From Bacteroidales bacterium Bact_20 (GTDB lineage Bacteria; Bacteroidota; Bacteroidia; Bacteroidales; DTU049): DNA of 25,339 bases. The stretch lies in assembly GCA_001603615.1 (NCBI GenBank), contig LUZL01000227.1, positions 1 through 25,339 on the forward strand, given 5' to 3'. Of the stretch, positions 1 to 8,249 are shown one piece after another. The first letter of the stretch is position 1. The number at the start of each line of letters is the position of its first letter. A program made the position numbers and the translations under genes. The notes below the pieces were generated by a model, which was not told where the DNA came from, ran no database searches, and saw only the letters and a program-made list of their open reading frames with translations.

Positions 1-120
1 AATAATTTATTTTATATAAATATTTCTTGAATTTGTCTATAAATAGCTTATACATAAGATAAAAATCTATTTATTAGTCTATTTATTAATAAAATTTTAT
101 GTATATATATAATTATTTTG

Positions 121-128
121 TAATTTTG
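121..128 (+). promoter_or_regulatory. Bacteroidota primary-sigma -7 promoter element (TAATTTTG)
   Basis: Exact match to TAnnTTTG, 24 nt upstream of the ATG at 153. Confidence 0.7.
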
Positions 129-152
129 TCGAAAAATTAAAAATATAGTGTT

Positions 153-905
153 ATGGCAAAGACAAAAATTTTAATAGTAGAAGATGAAGCTATTATTGCA
201 AAAGACATAGAAAATGTTTTAACAAAGGCTGGTTATAAAGTAGTAGGTACCTTTTCTAATGGAGAAGCTGCTGTAGAGAATGTAGACGATTTAAATCCAG
301 ATATTATTTTAATGGATATAATGCTAAAAGGAGATATGTCTGGTATACAAGCTGCAGAAATTATTAGAGAAAAATCTAATATACCTGTAGTCTTTTTGAC
401 AGCTTATGCAGATGAAAATACTATTGATAAAGCTAGATCTGCAGTTCCCTATGGATACATTGTTAAACCTTTCAAAGAAAATGAAGTGATAGCTACTATA
501 GAGATAGCTCTTAATAAATATAAAGAAGATCAAGAGCTTTTAAAAGAACGTGATATGCTAAAAAATATGGTAATAGAAAAAAGTGATTCTGATAGCATAT
601 TTGTACGTGCTGATTATAGACTAAATCGTATTAAATTTTCAGATATTTACTATGTAGAAGCTTTGAAAGATTATGTAGTTATCAATACTGCTGATAATAT
701 TTATACTACTCATTCTACTATGAAAGAAATGCAACGTATTTTACCCGCTAAAGATTTCGTACGTGTTCATAGAAGCTATATCGTACGTATAGATAAGATA
801 TTTAGTATTAAATATCCTGATCTAGTAATAGAAGGTAAAATGAAAGTAATACCTATAGGTGGTATGTATCGCAAAGAACTATTTAGTAGATTAAATCTTG
901 TATAA
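153..905 (+). CDS. LytTR-family response regulator (REC + LytTR DNA-binding domain)
   Basis: Receiver motifs ILIVEDE, DIILMDI (phospho-Asp), FLTAY and YIVKPF. C-terminal LytTR motifs IYYVEALKDYV and FVRVHRSYIV. Confidence 0.93.
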   Translation: MAKTKILIVEDEAIIAKDIENVLTKAGYKVVGTFSNGEAAVENVDDLNPDIILMDIMLKGDMSGIQAAEIIREKSNIPVVFLTAYADENTIDKARSAVPYGYIVKPFKENEVIATIEIALNKYKEDQELLKERDMLKNMVIEKSDSDSIFVRADYRLNRIKFSDIYYVEALKDYVVINTADNIYTTHSTMKEMQRILPAKDFVRVHRSYIVRIDKIFSIKYPDLVIEGKMKVIPIGGMYRKELFSRLNLV

Positions 906-925
906 TCTTTTTTAAGTTATATTTT

Positions 926-958
926 AAAAAAGGGGAATAAAATCATTCCCCTTTTTTT
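926..958 (+). terminator. Intrinsic terminator after the response regulator
   Basis: aaaaaaggggaat (926-938) pairs with attcccctttttt (945-957) around a 6-nt loop, followed by a T run; 20 nt after the stop codon. Confidence 0.88.
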
Positions 959-961
959 ATG

Positions 962-969
962 TAATTTTG
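962..969 (+). promoter_or_regulatory. -7 promoter element (TAATTTTG) for the rluB operon
   Basis: TAnnTTTG match 21 nt upstream of ATG 991, directly after the terminator. Confidence 0.7.
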
Positions 970-990
970 TAAATATGAAATATTTTAAGT

Positions 991-1860
991 ATGTATAATT
1001 ATAAAACGAAAAATTCAAAATCTTTAAATAATAAAACTAAAGTAGATAAAAAAGAATTTAGTAATAAAAAAGAATTTAATAATAAAAGAGAATTTAATAA
1101 AAAAGAATTTATTAAAAAAAAGGATTTTAGTAAAAAAGATTTTAATGATAAAAAAGAAGGTATAAGGTTAAATAAATATATAGCTAATTGTGGCTATTGT
1201 TCTAGAAGAGAAGCTGATGAGTTGATTTTAACTGGTAGTGTAACTGTAAATGGTAAAATAGTTACACAGTTAGGTACTAGGATCGCTGAGAATGATAAAG
1301 TAATGATAGGAGATGCACCTATACAACCTGAAAAAAAGATATACATTTTAATGAATAAACCTAAGGATTATATTACTACATCTAAAGATCCTCAAAATCG
1401 TAAAACTGTCATGAATTTATTAGGCGATTTGAAATTTCGTGTTTATCCTGTTGGTAGGTTAGATAGGAATACTACAGGGATTTTATTATTTACTAATGAT
1501 GGCGAGCTTGCTCGTAAACTTACTCATCCTTCATCAAATATTTTAAAGATTTATGAAGTAAAACTTGATAAAAATTTAAAAACAAATGATCTGCAAAAAA
1601 TTATTGAAGGAGTTTATATAGATGGACATAGAATAAAAGTAGATGAAATTAGTTATATAGATGATAAACCACATAATTACGTTGGCATAGCTATTCATTC
1701 TGGACAATATCATATTGTTAAAAGAATATTTGAATCTTTAGGATACAAAGTATTGATGCTTGATAGAACAATGTTTGGACCTTTAACTAAGAAAAATGTT
1801 CCACGTGGAACATGGCGTTATTTAAGTGATAGCGAAGTTAGATTATTAATGAATTTGTGA
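991..1860 (+). CDS. rluB: rRNA pseudouridine synthase, RsuA/RluB/RluE/RluF family, with S4 domain
   Basis: S4 domain RLNKYIANCGYCSRREADELI; motif I LMNKPKDY; catalytic motif YPVGRLDRNTTG. The exact paralog (RluB versus RluF-like) cannot be fixed from sequence alone. Confidence 0.88.
   Translation: MYNYKTKNSKSLNNKTKVDKKEFSNKKEFNNKREFNKKEFIKKKDFSKKDFNDKKEGIRLNKYIANCGYCSRREADELILTGSVTVNGKIVTQLGTRIAENDKVMIGDAPIQPEKKIYILMNKPKDYITTSKDPQNRKTVMNLLGDLKFRVYPVGRLDRNTTGILLFTNDGELARKLTHPSSNILKIYEVKLDKNLKTNDLQKIIEGVYIDGHRIKVDEISYIDDKPHNYVGIAIHSGQYHIVKRIFESLGYKVLMLDRTMFGPLTKKNVPRGTWRYLSDSEVRLLMNL
1048..1149 (+). repeat. In-frame degenerate tandem repeat (6 units of 15-18 bp, K[KR][ED]F core) in the RluB N-terminal extension
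   Basis: Units KKEFSN, KKEFNN, KREFN, KKEFIK, KKDFS, KKDFND; DNA core aaa aaa gaa ttt. Confidence 0.85.
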
Positions 1861-2432
1861 TGAAAAAAAACATTATTTATATAATTGTCATAATTTTTTT
1901 ATTTATCATTTTAATTATATTAGGCATATTTTTTTCTAAATCTTCTAATATAGAAAATAAAGGAGTTTTTATTAAATCTCTTTCTAAAAATAATATTTTA
2001 CAATTAGATAATTTGTTTACTGATAGTATAAATATTGAAACATTTTCAGATAATTATTCTTCAGGTATAAAAATTGAAAATTTTTATAAAAATTTAAAAT
2101 CAGAATTATTTATAGACTCTGTTTTACTCAATAAAAATGATACTAATTTTATTAAATTTTATCCTGCAACTGTTCCAGAATATTTATTTAGATTTGTTTT
2201 GATATCTATAGATTCTATTAATAAAACCACTCATTATCAAAATGTAATTTTATGTAATTTAGATTCAGCTAATTTACAATTTATTAACTCTAATGATTCA
2301 CTTATAATAAATGGTAATTTATTTTTTAATGTTAAAGACTCTTTAGCTCAATCTGATTATGTATTATATTTTAATAATATTAAATCAAAAATTATTAAAA
2401 GATGGAAAGGTCAAGTAACAATAGAATTATAA
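1860..2432 (+). CDS. Hypothetical N-terminally membrane-anchored protein rich in D(S/T)x O-glycosylation sequons
   Basis: The ATG at 1860 overlaps the rluB stop (TGATG); the ORF track start at 1857 is a GTG. Basic N-terminus MKK followed by about 20 hydrophobic residues. No recognised family. Confidence 0.72.
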   Translation: MKKNIIYIIVIIFLFIILIILGIFFSKSSNIENKGVFIKSLSKNNILQLDNLFTDSINIETFSDNYSSGIKIENFYKNLKSELFIDSVLLNKNDTNFIKFYPATVPEYLFRFVLISIDSINKTTHYQNVILCNLDSANLQFINSNDSLIINGNLFFNVKDSLAQSDYVLYFNNIKSKIIKRWKGQVTIEL

Positions 2433-5400
2433 ATATATTAGAAAAATTTGCAAAAAAATTTTATTTAAATAAACTTATTAAAGGTTTATTTTGGTTTATT
2501 TTATTTGCAGTATCTACATTATTTTTATTATCTACTATAGAAAATTTATTTTGGCTAAATTCTTCATTTAGATTAGTTTTGCTCATTTTATTAATAATTT
2601 CTTTATCAGCTTTTTTTATTTATTATGTAGCTATTCCAATATTTAGATATTTTGGATTGTTTAGAGATAAATCATATAAAGACTTCGCACTATTACTTGG
2701 CAACCATTCTAATACAGATGATAAAATTTTATCAGCATTAGAGTTATTTGAACTAAATAAGATTAATAATAATGAATTATTATTAAATGAACTATCAAGA
2801 CGTAGTGATGAATTATCAAAAATTAATTTAAAAAAATTTTTTAATATCAAAGTATATTATAAATGGATAATAGGTAATTTAGGTATTCTTACTATTTTTA
2901 TAATTCTATCTTTTACTTTTCCTAATCAATTTATGGCACCTTTAGTTAGAATTTCTAATTATAATACTGTGTTTCCAAAGGACTATGGCTTTAAAGTTAA
3001 TATTTTAAATGATAACTTTTATACAGAATCTGGGAAAAATTTTATATTAAATTTTGAAATTACTGGAGATAAACTTCCTAAAAATATCTATATTTTATCT
3101 AATGGTAATAAATATATACCCAGAAAGACTGTAGGTAATAATTATGAATATGTTTTTGAAAATTTAGCTAAAAATACAATTTTCCAAATAGTAGCTGAGG
3201 ATTGGATATCTGATGAATATGAAATTAAAATTTATAAAAAACCATCTATATATAAATTGATAGCAAATGTCATATATCCAAAATATACTAAATTATCTAA
3301 TGAACAATTAGTAAATATTTTTTCATATAATGTTCCACGTGGAACCCAAATTGTTTTTTCAATATATACAAAAGATGCAGATAGCTTAATAATATTAAAT
3401 AATCAAGTATCTCAAAAATTTGAGATTATAAATAAATTAGATTATAAATTGCAAATTTTAAAAAATGAAAATTTACAAATAATAACTAAAAGCAGTTATT
3501 CTCCTATACTAGATACTACAAATATTTACATTACAGAGATACCTGATGCATATCCTAAAATTTTGGTACAACTACAAAAAGACACATTTTCTATAATGCA
3601 TTATTATGTTTCTGGCTCTATATCTGATGATTATGGTTTTACTAAGCTTATTGCTGTATATAAACTTAATCGTAAAGATACTACTATAAATGGTAAAATA
3701 CCAATTAATATTTCAAATGACGATTTAATTCAAAATTTTAATTTTGATATTGATTTTTCATTTTTAAATTTACAACCTTCCGATGTTGTAAATTTTTATT
3801 TAGAAATTTACGATAATGATGCTATAAATGGCCCTAAATCTACTAAATCTCGTGAATTTGAAATTAAAATTCCTACAAAACAAGAAATTCAATTAGAACA
3901 ATCTAAACAATTGCAAGCTGCTAATACTAAATTCGCAGCTATACAAAAAGAACTTTCTAATATTAGAAATGAACTACAGCAACTTGAAAATCAGTGGAAA
4001 CTAGAACGTAAATTTAATTATGAACAAAAACAAAAATGGGAAAATCTAATAAAAAGACAAAATGAGATCATTAATGAATTGCAAAATATAGAACAAAATT
4101 TACAACTTTCACCCTCCTATGATGAAAATTTAGAAATTTATAAAAAAATTCAACAAATAGATGAACTTATTAAATCTATAAATATAGAAGAATTGAATGA
4201 ATATTTAGAAAATTTGCAAAAATTAATGGAAAATAATCAATTAAAATCAGAAGATATAGAAGAGTTTAAATGGCAAAATGAGGAACTAAATAAAATGCTG
4301 GATAGACAAATAGATCTGTTAAAACGTCTAGATATTGAAAAAAATCTTAGAGAAACTTTCCAAGACCTTAAAGACCTCAGTAAACAATTTGATGATTTAT
4401 CTAAAAAACAAGATATAGATGAATTAGATAAACAAAACGAACTAAAAAATGAATTAATAAAACAGTTTGAAAAATATGATAGTTTGTTAAAGGAAAATGA
4501 AAAGCTCAGTGACCCATTTAAAATGGAAAATATAGAAACCGAAAAGCAAATTATTAATAATGAAATTCAACAATCAGAACAAAACTTACAAAAAAATAAT
4601 CATAAAAAAGCTAATGAAAATCAAAAAAATACTAGTCAGCAATTAAATGAATTAGCAAATAAATTAGAGCAAAACCTCAATAAGCAACTACAAGAAGAAA
4701 ATGCAGAAGATGCTACTATACTTAGACAACTACTAAAAAATGTTCTTTTATCATCTTTTGAACAAGAAAACTTAATAAAAAATATTTATAAACAAAACCC
4801 ACGATTAGCAAATTATCAAGATTATGTGAGAAAACAGTTTGAATTGCAAGAAGTAATGAAACGCACAAAGGATAGTCTATATATGGTGGGTAAACGCCAG
4901 CCTATGGTTTCTAATTTTATTTTTGATGAGATTAATAAAATAGAAAAAGAAAGTAAAAAAGCTATGAATAATTTGAATAATTGGGCACTGGGGCAGGCTG
5001 CTATTAATCAACAAAATTTGATGACCTCGCTTAATAATCTTGCGTTATTTCTCTCTGATATTTTGCAGCAAATGGAGCAGCAAAATAAAATGTCTCAAAT
5101 GAATAGCGATGGTGCTATGAAGTGTAATAATCCTAAAAATTCTAGCAACTCAAATAATACTAAACCTAGCATGAAAACACTTAGACAACTACAACAAGAT
5201 CTAAATAAACAAATGGAAGCCCTACAAAAAGAAATGCAAAACGGTAAAAAACAAGGGAAAGAAATTAGTGAAGCTCTAGCAAAGATGGCTGCTCAGCAAG
5301 AAGCCATTAGACGTGCTATGCAAGAAATTAAAGAACAGATCAGCAAAGAAGGTAACTTGAAAAATTCTTCCTTCATTCAACAGATGATAGAAGATATGGA

Positions 5401-5701
5401 AAAAACAGAAAAAGATCTTTATAATAAAAATCTTTCTTATGAAACTATAAAAAGACAAAAACAAATAGAAATTCGTATGCTAGAATCTGAAAAAGCTGAA
5501 CAACAACAAGAAACTGATAATACTCGTAAAAGTGAAACTGCAAAAAATGATTATAATAGTAACCTTATCAAAAATTTTCAGTATAATGTAATAAAAAATA
5601 ATAATATTGAATCCATGAATCGCGATAATTTAAACTTTAATATCTATTATCGTAAAAAAATTCAAGATTATTTTAATAATGTTAGCTATGAAAAAGATTG
5701 A
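2402..5701 (+). CDS. DUF4175-like large membrane-anchored coiled-coil protein
   Basis: Three N-terminal hydrophobic helices, a beta-rich middle region, the motif FYLEIYDNDAINGPKSTKS and a long Q/E/K/N coiled-coil C-terminus. This matches the Bacteroidota DUF4175-type architecture from recall. Confidence 0.75.
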   Translation: MERSSNNRIINILEKFAKKFYLNKLIKGLFWFILFAVSTLFLLSTIENLFWLNSSFRLVLLILLIISLSAFFIYYVAIPIFRYFGLFRDKSYKDFALLLGNHSNTDDKILSALELFELNKINNNELLLNELSRRSDELSKINLKKFFNIKVYYKWIIGNLGILTIFIILSFTFPNQFMAPLVRISNYNTVFPKDYGFKVNILNDNFYTESGKNFILNFEITGDKLPKNIYILSNGNKYIPRKTVGNNYEYVFENLAKNTIFQIVAEDWISDEYEIKIYKKPSIYKLIANVIYPKYTKLSNEQLVNIFSYNVPRGTQIVFSIYTKDADSLIILNNQVSQKFEIINKLDYKLQILKNENLQIITKSSYSPILDTTNIYITEIPDAYPKILVQLQKDTFSIMHYYVSGSISDDYGFTKLIAVYKLNRKDTTINGKIPINISNDDLIQNFNFDIDFSFLNLQPSDVVNFYLEIYDNDAINGPKSTKSREFEIKIPTKQEIQLEQSKQLQAANTKFAAIQKELSNIRNELQQLENQWKLERKFNYEQKQKWENLIKRQNEIINELQNIEQNLQLSPSYDENLEIYKKIQQIDELIKSINIEELNEYLENLQKLMENNQLKSEDIEEFKWQNEELNKMLDRQIDLLKRLDIEKNLRETFQDLKDLSKQFDDLSKKQDIDELDKQNELKNELIKQFEKYDSLLKENEKLSDPFKMENIETEKQIINNEIQQSEQNLQKNNHKKANENQKNTSQQLNELANKLEQNLNKQLQEENAEDATILRQLLKNVLLSSFEQENLIKNIYKQNPRLANYQDYVRKQFELQEVMKRTKDSLYMVGKRQPMVSNFIFDEINKIEKESKKAMNNLNNWALGQAAINQQNLMTSLNNLALFLSDILQQMEQQNKMSQMNSDGAMKCNNPKNSSNSNNTKPSMKTLRQLQQDLNKQMEALQKEMQNGKKQGKEISEALAKMAAQQEAIRRAMQEIKEQISKEGNLKNSSFIQQMIEDMEKTEKDLYNKNLSYETIKRQKQIEIRMLESEKAEQQQETDNTRKSETAKNDYNSNLIKNFQYNVIKNNNIESMNRDNLNFNIYYRKKIQDYFNNVSYEKD

Positions 5702-6140
5702 CCCTTTATATATTAAAAGTAATAATTATCAATTATCTCTTGATGATTATCTTAATAGATTTTTTCAACAAAATAATTTACCAGATGAAATTTATGCTAA
5801 TATCTATTTGACTATTTATGAATCTATAAAATTAATTATTTCAAAATTAATTATTTCCTCTAGCTCCATTATTGTAAAATTAGAATTAACTTTTGATAAT
5901 GGTAATCTATTTTGTAAGATATCTTGCAATAACTTAAAAAGTATTTGGCTAGATATAGTAAATAATAATCAAGACGAAATATTAGAAAGCTCTATAGTAT
6001 TGATAAATAAATTAAGTAATTCTCTTAAATTATTAAATGATGCTAGCATAGAAATAATGTTTGATGTTATCAAAATGCAGTATGAATTTGAACAAATAAA
6101 AAATGAAGATTTTCAAGAATATAAATTTTTGAAAAATTAA
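5688..6140 (+). CDS. Degenerate RsbW/HATPase_c_2-like (anti-sigma-type ATP-binding fold) protein, ATP-binding boxes lost
   Basis: Segment LPDEIYANIYLTIYES resembles the pre-N-box helix of the small HATPase protein that commonly follows DUF4175 genes in Bacteroidota. The second ATG (5688) is preferred over 5679. Confidence 0.55.
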   Translation: MKKIDPLYIKSNNYQLSLDDYLNRFFQQNNLPDEIYANIYLTIYESIKLIISKLIISSSSIIVKLELTFDNGNLFCKISCNNLKSIWLDIVNNNQDEILESSIVLINKLSNSLKLLNDASIEIMFDVIKMQYEFEQIKNEDFQEYKFLKN

Positions 6141-6161
6141 TATTTATTTATAATTTTTATT

Positions 6162-6169
6162 TATTTTTG
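6162..6169 (+). promoter_or_regulatory. -7 promoter element (TATTTTTG)
   Basis: TAnnTTTG match 11-17 nt upstream of the two candidate ATGs (6181, 6187). Confidence 0.65.
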
Positions 6170-6186
6170 TATAAATATTTATGCAT

Positions 6187-7524
6187 ATGAAATTAAAATA
6201 TTTATTATTTATTATTATTTTTTCTATATATAGCATTATTTTGAACAGTCAAGATAGGCTTTTAAACTTAAAAGATACTAAGATAACTATTAAAAATAAT
6301 GCTGTGTTGATAATAAACCAATCTAGTCCTAATGGCATCATAGCTACTGCTAATGGCGGTATAGTATCTGAAGGAGATCTGAATAGAGTTGTTTGGAAAA
6401 TAAACAATAGTACAGGTACCTACACAATACCATTTTGGAAAACAGGCAGAATAGATATGGTTTATCAAATAACTAGTGCTGGCAGTTCACCAGGAGCATT
6501 GATAGCTAGTACTCGTGCTACAGTAGCTGACAATACTCCATTACCTAGTGTAGCTCCTGCTGTTACACACTTAAATATGAGTGTGAGTCCATATGGTAAT
6601 GGGTCTTATTATGTAGTAGATAGATATTGGATCCTTAGAAAAGAAGGTTGGACTACAGAACCTACAGCTACTTTATCTTTTAAATATGAAGATGGAGAAA
6701 TTAACTCACCTAACACTATTACAGAAACTAATCTATCAGCACAATTGTGGGGGCAAGATCCATATGCATCTCCTGGTACTTATAGTTGGGTACCCGATGC
6801 TTTTGATGTTTTTCAAGGTTACTCTACTACACTTGGTACAGCAGATGCTAGTAATAATAGAGTTTATAATATTACTCCACCCACAGCTTATAAAAGTGGT
6901 TTATATACATGGATTTTAGTTGATAAATCACACCCTTTACCAGTAACATTATTGTATTATAAATTATATTGTGTAGGTAAATATGCTGCTCTTAAATGGG
7001 AAACTGCTTCAGAAATAAATTGTGATTATTATTTAGTAGAACGTAGCTCAGATGGCATATCATGGGAGTCAGTAGCTTATATACAAGGAGCAGGTAATAG
7101 TAATGAAATATCTACATATTCCTGGGTAGATAACTTCTATAGTAATGGTGCTACATTATACTATAGATTGACTCAGTTTGATTATAATGGCGATTATCAG
7201 ATATTAGGTATTCAATCAATTATTTGTAATTCTAATAATGATTCTTGGATTACTATTAATACAGATATTTTTAATAATATTTTAATAAATTTCACTGCTA
7301 CTGAAGGTGAGCCTTATGAAATTAAAGTTTTTAATTTATTGGGAGAATTAATTTATTATCAAGCAGGAACAGTAGAGAAAACTATAGAACAGTTTGTGAT
7401 ACCTACATATGGATTAGCTAGTAGCATATACATTGTAGATGTACATTCTTCATTAGTAAATAAAACTCAAAAAATAAATTTAATAAAAACTCAAAAAGTT
7501 CACATTAACGAAATGAATTATTGA
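6187..7524 (+). CDS. Type IX secretion system (T9SS) cargo protein with type A C-terminal sorting domain
   Basis: Signal peptide MKLKYLLFIIIFSIYSIILNS|Q. Ig-like module PLPVTLL...WETASEINCDYYLVERSSDG...YYRLTQFDYNG. CTD-like IKVFNLLGELI...GLASSIYIV...TQKINLIK. The start could be 6181. Confidence 0.85.
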   Translation: MKLKYLLFIIIFSIYSIILNSQDRLLNLKDTKITIKNNAVLIINQSSPNGIIATANGGIVSEGDLNRVVWKINNSTGTYTIPFWKTGRIDMVYQITSAGSSPGALIASTRATVADNTPLPSVAPAVTHLNMSVSPYGNGSYYVVDRYWILRKEGWTTEPTATLSFKYEDGEINSPNTITETNLSAQLWGQDPYASPGTYSWVPDAFDVFQGYSTTLGTADASNNRVYNITPPTAYKSGLYTWILVDKSHPLPVTLLYYKLYCVGKYAALKWETASEINCDYYLVERSSDGISWESVAYIQGAGNSNEISTYSWVDNFYSNGATLYYRLTQFDYNGDYQILGIQSIICNSNNDSWITINTDIFNNILINFTATEGEPYEIKVFNLLGELIYYQAGTVEKTIEQFVIPTYGLASSIYIVDVHSSLVNKTQKINLIKTQKVHINEMNY

Positions 7525-7649
7525 TAGTATTGAAATAGAAAAATACAGAATAGTAGCTGGTTACTATTGTTATAAAAATAGTATATTTTATGACTAATTT
7601 CCCTAAATCATTATAAAAAATGAATATATCTTAATTCATTAATTTATGA

Positions 7650-7657
7650 TATTTTTG
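7650..7657 (+). promoter_or_regulatory. -7 promoter element (TATTTTTG) for the DUF4199-GT operon
   Basis: TAnnTTTG match only 9 nt upstream of ATG 7667. Confidence 0.65.
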
Positions 7658-7666
7658 TAAAAAAAA

Positions 7667-8203
7667 ATGAAAACAAAAGAACTATTAAATCATGCATCTA
7701 AATATACGCTATTTGCTGCAGCTATCATGGTTGTATATTTGCTATTAATGTGGATAGTCGGAGGTAATATTTTAACGCTAAATAATATAACTTTTATTAT
7801 TCAAGCTTTTGCTATTATCTTTTTCAGTGTAAAAGCTATTAATATAGCACGTAAGGACTATGGAGAAGGATACATTAGCTATTTTAATGCTTTCTTTTTG
7901 TGTTTTATTATTTCTTTTTTTAGTTTATTAATTTTTTTACTTGTTAAATTATTAATATTTTATGTATTAGACCCTAATTATCTGAATAATATGTTAACTA
8001 CTATGGTGATAAATCTAGAAATGCAAAAAGAAATGATACCAGAACGATGGCAATCTTATATGGAACCTGATAACATATATCAAGCATACACCTTTAAATA
8101 TCAATTAGGTGTAGCTTTAACATATTTAATAGAGTCTGCTATTCTAGCTTTGATATTGGCTGGGATTATTAAAAAGAGCCCATCTATTAATGAAAATATG
8201 TAA
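7667..8203 (+). CDS. DUF4199-family 4-TM membrane protein
   Basis: Four hydrophobic segments, motif RKDYGEGYISYFNAF and YVLDPNY loop; position directly upstream of a GT2 gene is typical of Bacteroidota. Confidence 0.75.
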   Translation: MKTKELLNHASKYTLFAAAIMVVYLLLMWIVGGNILTLNNITFIIQAFAIIFFSVKAINIARKDYGEGYISYFNAFFLCFIISFFSLLIFLLVKLLIFYVLDPNYLNNMLTTMVINLEMQKEMIPERWQSYMEPDNIYQAYTFKYQLGVALTYLIESAILALILAGIIKKSPSINENM

Positions 8204-8249
8204 TTTTATAAAAATCTAATTTTTTTAAAAAAAGCAATAAACAAATACT

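Noticed and set aside
7549-7568. Small hairpin aatagtagc-tg-gttactatt after the T9SS gene
   Set aside because: Short, GC-poor stem with a wobble pair and no following U-tract; too weak to call a terminator.
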